From: a virus
Taxonomy: Duplodnaviria > Caudoviricetes
DNA: 64,000 nt
Virus record (IMG/VR): IMGVR_UViG_3300032243_001028
Coordinates: 71,097-135,096 of that record
Direction: 5' to 3' (one strand)
Positions 56,455 to 64,000 of the stretch are shown piece by piece. Position 1 is the first letter of the stretch. Each line of letters opens with the position of its first letter. The translations under genes and the position numbers were made by a program. The notes under the pieces are model-generated. The model saw only the letters and a program-made list of their open reading frames with translations. It searched no databases and was not told where the DNA came from.

Positions 56455-59339
56455 TACTTTCCTGTCTTCCTGTTTATTCTGTTTGTTTTGTTAGATGAAC
56501 CGCCTGAACTGGCGGTAGCTAGAGCTGCTGCTTGGGCAATTTGTCCAACAACAAGGGTGGTTACAACAAGGTTTTGAGCCTTTTTACGGGCTTTTGGTGA
56601 AATATCGGCTCCAACGTTGCCTACTAAGTTCAAAACGTTAGCAATGGCTACTGCAGCCTGTCCAACACCCGGAATATTGGCTAGGGACTCGTCAACGACG
56701 ATGTCATCTTGCTGTGCAGCTAGGTAAAGGGCGTCTAGGGCTTGATTGTACTCTGGAGAGCCTTCTGTGGCTGTATTGAAGGTTTCTAGAGCAGCTGCTA
56801 CAAGTAGTGTGGCTTGTTCTGGGCTAAGTTCTGTTGGGTCAATCTGAGCTAAATCAATGTCCTGTAAGTTGCTTGCATCTAGATTTGTTGGAATATCTGC
56901 TGAGCCCTGTGGTGTGCTGAAGATGTCGGTGGCTTCTTTGATGAGGCTTGGGATTGTGAGAATGGTAGCCTGGGCAACTTCCAATGAAGACTGAAATGAT
57001 GTTGATGAGTTGTCGGTGGTGATCTGAGCTTGCTGCGCCGTGCTTGATGCTTCGTTTAATGTGGTGTCGGCTTGGGTTGAGTTTGCTGCAGCTAGATCTG
57101 CGTCAACTTGAGCTTGGGCTTCGTTAGAAGTTGCAGAGCTTAGCAAGCTTGTTTGTGTTTTTAGATTTGCTTGGGCTTGAGACTGAGCTGAGGATGCTGC
57201 TTCCAATGATGTCTTTGCTTGTTCGTTGGAAGTTTTAGTCTCTTGGTTTTTTTGTTCTTCTATGTTATAAGCAAGTTGAGCTGCCTGTAATTGTGCATTA
57301 GATCCAGCTAAATACTGGGTTGCTTCGTTTGCAGTTTGTTCAGCTGATGCCAAATTTTGCTGGAATTCTAATCGCACGCTTTGTGCTTTCTGGAAATTTG
57401 AATCTGCTTCGTTAGAAGTTGCCTGGGCTTGGTTGAATGCGTTTTGTTCGACGTCCAGATCTGAAGAAAGGGCGTTCAAGGTGGTGGCAGTATCTATAAC
57501 TTGGTTGTAAGCAGTTGTAGAGTTCTGAGCTGCTTGTTGTTGATCTGCTTGTGCTAACTGCCAGTCTTCTTCTGCTTGTTGGTTTGCAAGGATGGTTGCG
57601 TTGTAGTAGATCTGTGCGTTCTTTAGGTAAGGCAGTAGAGCAGAATCGTTGATGAGTGGATGAACTTGATCAGGAATTACTTCAGTGGTGTAATAGGTTT
57701 CGGTAGTGTAGGTAGTCTGCTCAACGTAGGTGATTGTAGTAGTTGCCTGAGTGCCTAGGTAAGCTGCTGGAACAATTTGGAAGCCTATGGTTGGAGTTGC
57801 GTAGTAAAGCCAAACATTAGCTCCGCCGCCGTTCTCATAGAAGTAAAGAGTGATGGTGTGGGAAGAACCTGCTTCGAAATGTAGGTAGTTAGAAGTTGAA
57901 CCGCCTCCACCTTTATCGAACCAGTCGTTGATGATGAGGTTTCCGTCTATGTAAAGTTGAACTCCGTCATCTCCCGGTGCGTAAAAACGAACGTCCTGTG
58001 TGTCTGGGAATGAAATGTTTCCCGTGAAACGTACTAAGACGCGGTCATACCTGCCTGAATTGAGAACATTGCCTCCGCCCCATTGGTAGTTGATGTTTGG
58101 AACGTTGAGGGTTGCAATAGGGGTTTCGTTAGAAGTTGGAAGAGGAGGGCGGCTGCCGTAGTTCTGCCTGTTGAATGAATCAGCGGTTAGTCCACCAGTA
58201 AGGGTGGTTGTTGTAACTGGAACAAGAGTGGTCGTTGGAACTTGCCTGGTGTGCTCTTGTTCGTAAGTTGCTGGTGTCCACGTTGGATCTGGGATGAGGT
58301 TATTGTCATAGTTCCATTGTGCTTGGTCTAGATTCTGTTGTCCTGCTTGAAGATTGGTGCGTGTTAGGTTTACGTTCTGTTGCGTGTATAGATACCAGTC
58401 ATAAGCTTGGTTGTACTCATCTAGGGTTTGGTTGTAGTGAGCAACGGCGGAATTGTAGATCTCCCTGGATGAGTTAACTTCTGATTGCTTCGTTTGAAGT
58501 TGGACGGTAGCTGCAGCTAAGTTTTTCTGTGCTTGTGCTTTGTTGGAAGTTGCAGCTGAAAGATTTCTTTCTGCTTGTGCTTTCTGTTCTTCTGCATTTG
58601 TAAGTGTTTGTTGTGCTTGGGCATATGTTGACGATGCTGCGATGGCGTCAGTTTGACGTTCGTTTAAAGTTTGTAGTGCCTGAGCTGTGATGGCTTTCTG
58701 CTGCGTCAGTGCTTCCGTCGTCTTCGTTAGAAGTTCCTGTGCCTGGAGCGCACTTGCATCTGCTTCTGTGGCTTGAGTTTGAGCTTGAGCTACGGCGGCC
58801 TTCTGAACTTCTAATTGCTGCTTTGTGGCTTCGTGGGAAGTTTGCGATGAGCTGAGGATCGCTTTCTTATCCTTGGCATTTTTGTCAGCAAGAGTTTGTG
58901 CTTTTAAAGCATAGGTAAGAGCAGTTTTAGCATTGTTATAAGTGTCTAGGGCTTTTTCGGTAGCAGAAACGTTAGTTTTTAAGGTTTGAATGGCTGTTTG
59001 AGCTTTTTTGATGGCTGTTTGAAGTTCTGGGGAATCATTTGTAGGTTGTTTGCTGATTAGTGTGTCAAGTTGCGTGTTGTAATCGGCTAGTGTAGACTTT
59101 AGAGTATTAAGATCCTCAACTGAAGGAGTTAGAGATGATTGTAACCGTGAATTTAGATAGTTTTTGGGTTGGTTTAGTAGTTGGTTGGGTTTCACTGATT
59201 GTTGTAAGCTCGATTGCTTCTGTTCTAATAAACCGAAAGAAGAAGTAGCTAAAGCTGATTCTGCGTAGCAGATCGGTAATCCCGAAAGAAGTGTCACAAT
59301 AATAATTTGTGGCACTTTTTTTGATCTGTTGCGTTTCAT
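56454..59339 (-). CDS. exported coiled-coil protein with central PA14 domain and C-terminal membrane-associating region
   Basis: Signal peptide; A/Q-rich heptads; PA14 motifs INYQWGGG, DDGVQLYIDG, YFYENGGGA. Confidence 0.85.
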   Translation of the reverse strand: MKRNRSKKVPQIIIVTLLSGLPICYAESALATSSFGLLEQKQSSLQQSVKPNQLLNQPKNYLNSRLQSSLTPSVEDLNTLKSTLADYNTQLDTLISKQPTNDSPELQTAIKKAQTAIQTLKTNVSATEKALDTYNNAKTALTYALKAQTLADKNAKDKKAILSSSQTSHEATKQQLEVQKAAVAQAQTQATEADASALQAQELLTKTTEALTQQKAITAQALQTLNERQTDAIAASSTYAQAQQTLTNAEEQKAQAERNLSAATSNKAQAQKNLAAATVQLQTKQSEVNSSREIYNSAVAHYNQTLDEYNQAYDWYLYTQQNVNLTRTNLQAGQQNLDQAQWNYDNNLIPDPTWTPATYEQEHTRQVPTTTLVPVTTTTLTGGLTADSFNRQNYGSRPPLPTSNETPIATLNVPNINYQWGGGNVLNSGRYDRVLVRFTGNISFPDTQDVRFYAPGDDGVQLYIDGNLIINDWFDKGGGGSTSNYLHFEAGSSHTITLYFYENGGGANVWLYYATPTIGFQIVPAAYLGTQATTTITYVEQTTYTTETYYTTEVIPDQVHPLINDSALLPYLKNAQIYYNATILANQQAEEDWQLAQADQQQAAQNSTTAYNQVIDTATTLNALSSDLDVEQNAFNQAQATSNEADSNFQKAQSVRLEFQQNLASAEQTANEATQYLAGSNAQLQAAQLAYNIEEQKNQETKTSNEQAKTSLEAASSAQSQAQANLKTQTSLLSSATSNEAQAQVDADLAAANSTQADTTLNEASSTAQQAQITTDNSSTSFQSSLEVAQATILTIPSLIKEATDIFSTPQGSADIPTNLDASNLQDIDLAQIDPTELSPEQATLLVAAALETFNTATEGSPEYNQALDALYLAAQQDDIVVDESLANIPGVGQAAVAIANVLNLVGNVGADISPKARKKAQNLVVTTLVVGQIAQAAALATASSGGSSNKTNRINRKTGK
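57120..58735 (-). repeat. six copies of AACTTCNAACGAA on the minus strand
   Basis: Cores (CGTTNGAAGTT on +) at 57122, 57224, 57410, 58127, 58491, 58725. Confidence 0.9.
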
Positions 59340-59409
59340 ATGAGATATCTCTCTATAGAGGTGTATCTCTCCCGAATCTATTTTACCGCAGAATTGGGGT
59401 TATGACCTT

Positions 59410-59820
59410 TTAATCTAGATCTTTAGTGATATGGTCTGACCACTCTTTTATGGTCATTTCTCTGTGTTTTGGGCTTGTCCCGTGAGAAAAGCCAATTAGC
59501 AGCCAGCTTGTAATTCCGAATAATGCGCTGAAATAGCCAATTAAGACATAAAGATAGAAAGAGCCTAAATTGAAACAAATTGCCAAAAGTGCCGTAGATA
59601 GAAGAATTGAGAAAATAGGCCAAATGTATGATTTTGTCCAATACCAGATCATTACCGGCCAAGCTGCCGCACTTAAAACTATCGAAAGAATGATGTCTGG
59701 CGGATATTCGTCACCCTTAAACGTTGAGAAAATCCATGGGTTTCCAGAGGCTTTTTTATGTAATTTTTTGTACAGAAGAACCTCGGATTCGTCAAAATCT
59801 GGTGTTTCACGACAGCTCAT
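59410..59820 (-). CDS. membrane protein (about 3 TM)
   Basis: Multiple hydrophobic segments; AAAGGA RBS. Confidence 0.65.
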   Translation of the reverse strand: MSCRETPDFDESEVLLYKKLHKKASGNPWIFSTFKGDEYPPDIILSIVLSAAAWPVMIWYWTKSYIWPIFSILLSTALLAICFNLGSFYLYVLIGYFSALFGITSWLLIGFSHGTSPKHREMTIKEWSDHITKDLD

Positions 59821-59856
59821 CGGGGGGTCCTTTCGAGGGATCTTGTGTACAACTCT

Positions 59857-59966
59857 AATAGATACTATCAGATATTTTGAAAAGTTATTGCAAAAAGTGA
59901 ATAGTATCTATGGTGGAGATACTATCGGAAAAAACAAAAGTTTTTGTAAAAAAGTTGATAGTATAA
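59857..59966. promoter_or_regulatory. two tandem AGATACTAT-N32-ATAGTAT elements at the divergence point
   Basis: 59860-59868/59901-59909 and 59917-59925/59958-59966. Confidence 0.7.
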
Positions 59967-60124
59967 CTAATCCAATATACACTTTATGGTTTATTGCAAC
60001 TATATTTTCCCTTAATGCGGAATTTTTTCTCTATACGCGTAGTAAAAAAAGGTTGAAATAAACCAATAAATGGGTTTTTAGTTGTGTTATAGTTGTTTCG
60101 TAAGGTATCATTTTTAATTATCGA

Positions 60125-60574
60125 TTGGAGATAAAATTGGAAGAAAATAAGGATGCAATGAGCTTTTTCGATTTCTCGGAAGAAGAAGCTTTACAAGTTG
60201 CAGAAGAAGAAGTTATTCGAACTAGAGAACGTGATGGACGGATCTGTATCTGTGGACATCCAAATACTAGACACTCAACCTATGCTGATGTTGTAGCTTG
60301 TAATCCAACTAGGATGGCTTGCGATTGTAAGCAGATTCGTCTAGTTTTGGAAGTATCTGACACAAGACTGTTTTTGAGAAAAACTAATGGATCAGGAACT
60401 TCACACGCTTTGAGCAAATCTATGTCTAAGGCAAAATCTCTTGGAGTAGAGATTAAGTGGTTGATCGATCCTAAATGCGATAGATGTAATGTGGTAAAGC
60501 CAATTAGTCCAGTAGCGATCTCTCAAAATGGAAGACACGGATATAACGCGTTTCTCTGTGTTGACTGCCGATAA
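60125..60574 (+). CDS. Cys-rich zinc-binding hypothetical protein
   Basis: CICGH...H...C...CDC and CDRC...CVDC; start codon uncertain. Confidence 0.7.
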   Translation: MEIKLEENKDAMSFFDFSEEEALQVAEEEVIRTRERDGRICICGHPNTRHSTYADVVACNPTRMACDCKQIRLVLEVSDTRLFLRKTNGSGTSHALSKSMSKAKSLGVEIKWLIDPKCDRCNVVKPISPVAISQNGRHGYNAFLCVDCR

Positions 60575-60598
60575 GATAACCGATAGGATAAATACATA

Positions 60599-61084
60599 AT
60601 GACAATAGATAGACCAATAGTTCAGACCTACGCTGAGTTCAGATACACAAAGCAAGGTCAATACCTAGAAGTTAAATACCTAGATGAAGCAGTTCAGGTC
60701 GCTCGGGATGTAATCTACAAAAGCATCGGCGTTAGAGAAGATGTTACTGGTAGAGCAACTTACTCAATTAGTGCCAAAGGCACGATTGTTAAAGTCTGGA
60801 TTGAGCAATACATGAACACCATTAGTGAGTTCAATGCCAATGAAGTTATCCAGAAGATTATGGAAGAAATAGTCAAAGCAGAAATTGCCAATGTTGAGCT
60901 GGAAAGCGTTTATGAATATGAAAATCTAAATGGTGAGATACTTATTCCTTGCCCCAAGTGTTCAGGTTCAGGCTCAATTCGTAGAGTCGATGGTGAGGAC
61001 TGTCCTCAATGCGAGGGCTGGGGAATAACTTTCTCCAATGATCCAAAACTTAAAATCACCCCTCTTGTTTCGAAAGGTCTGTAA
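60599..61084 (+). CDS. hypothetical protein with DnaJ-type CxxCxGxG zinc finger
   Basis: CPKCSGSG...CPQCEGWG. Confidence 0.7.
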   Translation: MTIDRPIVQTYAEFRYTKQGQYLEVKYLDEAVQVARDVIYKSIGVREDVTGRATYSISAKGTIVKVWIEQYMNTISEFNANEVIQKIMEEIVKAEIANVELESVYEYENLNGEILIPCPKCSGSGSIRRVDGEDCPQCEGWGITFSNDPKLKITPLVSKGL

Positions 61085-61566
61085 TGGAATATATAGTTTT
61101 AGAGATTTCCGATATCGAATTGGAAGTTATGCCAATGCACGAACTCCCCGGACTTAAAGTTTTGAGAGTGTTAAGTATGCCAGCCGATATGCAACGATTG
61201 AAAATGTCAGTGGACTTGCTTAGACTAGCTTTACGCAACTCTGAAGATTGGAACGGGGTTATAAAATATCTAACAATGGGCGAGCTAATTAAAGTTATCG
61301 ATCAATGGATGGAAAAAAGTCAAGAAGAGTCAAATCGTCAAGCCGAAGAAGATGACTACTACAATGAACTTTCTAGAGAAGAGAAAGAGTTTGAAGATGA
61401 TCTGGAGTTCGAACGAACAGCTATGGAAGAGTACGAAGAAGAAATTGACGAAGATACTCCAGAACTAACTCCGGATATGCTTTACGAAGCATTCGTGTCT
61501 TACATAGAAGAATATCCAGAACCCCCGACACCAGAGGATTTCAATGAGGGCGAAGACCCCGAATAG
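61084..61566 (+). CDS. hypothetical protein with very acidic C-terminal half
   Basis: E/D-rich tail. Confidence 0.7.
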   Translation: MEYIVLEISDIELEVMPMHELPGLKVLRVLSMPADMQRLKMSVDLLRLALRNSEDWNGVIKYLTMGELIKVIDQWMEKSQEESNRQAEEDDYYNELSREEKEFEDDLEFERTAMEEYEEEIDEDTPELTPDMLYEAFVSYIEEYPEPPTPEDFNEGEDPE

Positions 61567-61570
61567 GCCA

Positions 61571-61708
61571 ATGTGCGGTTTTTGTATGACCGGGCACCAC
61601 GAAAATTGCAAAGCAGAGATCAAATATTATGACAACATTTGGTATTGCAATTGCACCAAATGTCATCCAGATAAAGAAGAGGAAGTAGAAGAAACCAATG
61701 AGCATTAG
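61571..61708 (+). CDS. small Cys/His-rich protein (45 aa, not in ORF track)
   Basis: MCGFCMTGHHENC...WYCNCTKCH. Confidence 0.55.
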   Translation: MCGFCMTGHHENCKAEIKYYDNIWYCNCTKCHPDKEEEVEETNEH

Positions 61709-61904
61709 TGAACCGCTTAGAGATTCTGTTGGAAGATTTATAATCGATCCACCTGAACCTCCTAAAACTTGGCCCCCTACTATTTGGGGACTAGATGATG
61801 ATTTAAAAGAACAACGCAGAATTAGAGTTTTGTCAGATAGAAATGCTAGGTTAGAAAAAACTCAAGAATGCTGGGAGATATGCAATTGCAAGAAAAAGAA
61901 GTAG
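61698..61904 (+). CDS. hypothetical protein
   Basis: RDSVGRF motif, shared with the end of the next gene (KDSRGKF). Confidence 0.5.
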   Translation: MSISEPLRDSVGRFIIDPPEPPKTWPPTIWGLDDDLKEQRRIRVLSDRNARLEKTQECWEICNCKKKK

Positions 61905-62338
61905 AGTTGGTAACTGCAAAAGAAGCAGGTAAAGCTCTTTACGTTACTGTCGGTATGATTCATTATTGGATTAGAAAAGGCAGACTAAAAAAGTATAAAG
62001 ACCCCAATGGTTGGAACTTTTTGGTCGATCTCGATGAAGCTCGGTCGGCGTCTAAATGGTTAAACCGTGTTCTAGAAAATCACCCGGATTTAATAACTTT
62101 GGATGAAGCTGCTGAAATGCTTTACCTAAATCGAAGAGCATTAAATTACCACATCAACCAAGGACGACTACAAAAGTATTATGTTTTAGGGAACAATAAA
62201 TACTATTTAGTTCATAAAGATGAAGTTACTAAACTTTTTTATCGGGAGTCTTTTTATAAAAACGAAGAGAGAAATCAAAAACTTCGTGAGAGAGCCTTGA
62301 CGCAGAAAAAAGACAGCAGAGGCAAATTTGCCAAGTAG
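61868..62338 (+). CDS. tandem MerR/excisionase-like HTH DNA-binding protein
   Basis: LVTAKEAGKALYVTVGMIHYWIRKGRL and LITLDEAAEMLYL...INQGRL; start uncertain. Confidence 0.8.
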   Translation: MLGDMQLQEKEVELVTAKEAGKALYVTVGMIHYWIRKGRLKKYKDPNGWNFLVDLDEARSASKWLNRVLENHPDLITLDEAAEMLYLNRRALNYHINQGRLQKYYVLGNNKYYLVHKDEVTKLFYRESFYKNEERNQKLRERALTQKKDSRGKFAK

Positions 62339-62376
62339 TTTATTTTAAAAAGTAAAACTTCAAAACTTTACTTAGT

Positions 62377-62414
62377 CCCCCCTGTAAGCCTTATGGTTTC
62401 GGGGGGATTTTTTT
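62377..62414 (+). terminator. intrinsic terminator
   Basis: CCCCCCTG...CGGGGGG followed by AT7. Confidence 0.7.
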
Positions 62415-62610
62415 GTTTCTAAACCAGAAAGGGTAGCGTTCTCACACCTCACGCCTAAAAAACTTTTCAAACTGCCCCCATAATGAAAACTATCAACCTT
62501 ATATAAAAAAAGGTTGCGGGAAGGCTCCCCTTATCGGCGTTTACAAAAACAAACGCAAAAGCGGTCGGGTGGAGTCACGAGCCTCTCCCCGGTTGACTCC
62601 ATCCGATCCA

Positions 62611-63824
62611 AACTTCGAACGAAGGAACATATGACAGACGATAGCTCAGATCTAGGATCCGGATCCTCAACTTCAAACGAACGTCCATTGGAAGTTAAGG
62701 CCATCCCTTCAGATCCTTTCGAAACTCCAGAGCTCGAAGCTCCTATTATAGAAATCAATGAACCTTTAAACCTACGTCCAGACCTTTCACTCCTCGGCAT
62801 TGAAGAAAGCGACCGCGGCGTCTGCGAAGATACGTTTGAAAACCGACAACTTCTCCGCCGTGCGAAGTTTAACTGGATACCGGTCTACGCATCCAACGGA
62901 GTTCCAACGGGATTGATTCAAGCTATCTCATCAGAGATGGCAACCGAGAAACGTATCCTCTCTCTTGCTGAGAAGAAGCCGATCCTCACAGATCCAACGA
63001 ACAAAAACTCAGATTATCTAACGGGCCTCGATCTTCTAGCTGAAGAAGCGTCCGACTACATCTGTCCACCTTGGGTCATCGGCGCAACCCGTGCTTATAT
63101 AAAAGAACAATCCGCGCCCCCAACGTCTGGAAAGAGAAAGCCGGCCGCACTTCCAACGAGATGTTCCAACGTAAAAGACGATGGGATCCGCTGCCAGCTC
63201 TGGTCTTCAGGACGTTTACAAGATGACGGTCTTTGCCGCATTCACTTGAGAAGCGTAAAACACAGACCAGGCGATGACATCGAACGAGCTCGTCAGAAGT
63301 TATTCCAGGCAGCTCCTTACGCCGTCGACGTTCTCGAACAAATGATGGAGTTCGCTGAGAGCGAACCGGTAAAGCTTAAAGCTGCAACCGAGATCTTGGA
63401 CCGAGCCGGAGTACGTGGAGGAATGGAAATTGATACCAACATAAATCTTGATGTCAGACCAGCCGCAAGCATCATTGCTGAACGTCTGAACCGACTTGCA
63501 ACGAACGCAATTGAAGCTGCGTCTAAGCTCAGCGAGGCAGGCATCCTCATAACTTCCAACGAAGTAGAACCGAACCAGGAAGCTGCAGCTGCACCCGCTG
63601 CCGGATCTACAACTTCCAACGAAGACGTCATCGACGCAGAGATCCAGGAGGACTAACCGACATGCACAGCTCAGATCCGCAACTTCTAACGAACGCACGT
63701 GAACTCGCATCCCAGCTCGCTGCAGACGTCAACCAAGCGTCTACTAGACTAGAACATATAAGACTTACAGCCAGAGCCAATGAAGCAGCGAATTTGCTGC
63801 AGGCCCTGGAGAAACTTCTAACGA
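62611..63824 (+). repeat. six copies of AACTTCNAACGA on the plus strand
   Basis: At 62611, 62669, 63551, 63611, 63681, 63813. Confidence 0.9.
62631..63656 (+). CDS. terminase small subunit-like protein
   Basis: GAAGGA RBS before ATG at 62631; C..C..C..H finger then A..AVDVLEQMM...SEPVKLKAATEILDRAG, a pattern seen in TerS-like proteins. Confidence 0.55.
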   Translation: MTDDSSDLGSGSSTSNERPLEVKAIPSDPFETPELEAPIIEINEPLNLRPDLSLLGIEESDRGVCEDTFENRQLLRRAKFNWIPVYASNGVPTGLIQAISSEMATEKRILSLAEKKPILTDPTNKNSDYLTGLDLLAEEASDYICPPWVIGATRAYIKEQSAPPTSGKRKPAALPTRCSNVKDDGIRCQLWSSGRLQDDGLCRIHLRSVKHRPGDDIERARQKLFQAAPYAVDVLEQMMEFAESEPVKLKAATEILDRAGVRGGMEIDTNINLDVRPAASIIAERLNRLATNAIEAASKLSEAGILITSNEVEPNQEAAAAPAAGSTTSNEDVIDAEIQED

Positions 63825-63868
63825 CCGGAGAGATTGATGACGAGAGCGAACCGCGAAGCCTTTCTTAA
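63662..63868 (+). CDS. small helical hypothetical protein
   Basis: GGAGG upstream; 68 aa. Confidence 0.6.
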   Translation: MHSSDPQLLTNARELASQLAADVNQASTRLEHIRLTARANEAANLLQALEKLLTTGEIDDESEPRSLS

Positions 63869-64000
63869 AGAAGCCGAAAACCATATCGGATACCAAACAC
63901 GCATGAACAAAGGTTCAACGTACGGAGAACTTGTTGGACATCCGAACCGTGATTGGAACGGCAGCTTCATCGACGTGATCGCACGAACCGTTGGTTTGAA
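63837..64000 (+). CDS. CHAP/NlpC-like protein N-terminus, truncated by window end
   Basis: FLKEAENHIGY...STYG...DWNGSFID resembles CHAP start (A...IGY...YG...WC..FV). Confidence 0.45.
   Translation, partial: MTRANREAFLKEAENHIGYQTRMNKGSTYGELVGHPNRDWNGSFIDVIARTVGL

Noticed and set aside
59570-60061. Plus-strand 163-aa ORF
   Set aside because: Overlaps the minus-strand membrane gene and the repeat-rich regulatory region; no recognisable protein features
62514-62630. N-terminal extension of the TerS-like ORF
   Set aside because: ATG at 62631 has the RBS; the upstream part is the structured leader
1-64000. CRISPR array, rRNA, IS element or reverse transcriptase/DGR
   Set aside because: No regularly spaced repeats, rRNA signatures, transposase or RT motifs seen; the CBM repeats differ at all base types, not only adenines
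1-64000. Stop-codon reassignment
   Set aside because: Long genes are intact in the standard code; TAA, TAG and TGA all occur as stops

Overview
A 64-kb slice of a large, AT-rich tailed dsDNA phage genome, siphovirus-like and most likely infecting Actinobacteria (two WhiB genes, a DUF3039-like gene, an actinobacterial-type tRNA-fMet scaffold). Left to right: head-tail and tail genes, tape measure and three giant tail-tip proteins (1-22.2 kb); dNMP kinase and a small serine recombinase; a minus-strand replication/recombination block (primase-polymerase/D5 helicase, SSB, Sak4-like ATPase, Cas4-like nuclease, SNF2 helicase, RuvC-like, PolA); a B12-dependent ribonucleotide reductase with PduO adenosyltransferase and a DUF4430-like protein; an RNA island (tRNA-Met, tmRNA, several unassigned structured elements); a glycosyltransferase cluster; M23 lysin and a PA14 stalk protein; a divergent AT-rich intergenic region; and a TerS-like gene. 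Most striking: (1) an asymmetric motif AACTTCNAACGA(A), present 12 times in different reading frames, pointing outward on both sides of the 59.4-62.5 kb region; (2) a seven-deep nested CBM-like domain architecture in the distal tail protein; (3) a phage cobalamin module; (4) an initiator-type tRNA with a compensatorily rewritten anticodon stem next to non-canonical tRNA-like RNAs; (5) a 9-bp inverted repeat with an invariant 32-bp spacer in three copies. All product calls come from motif recognition by eye; no database search was run.
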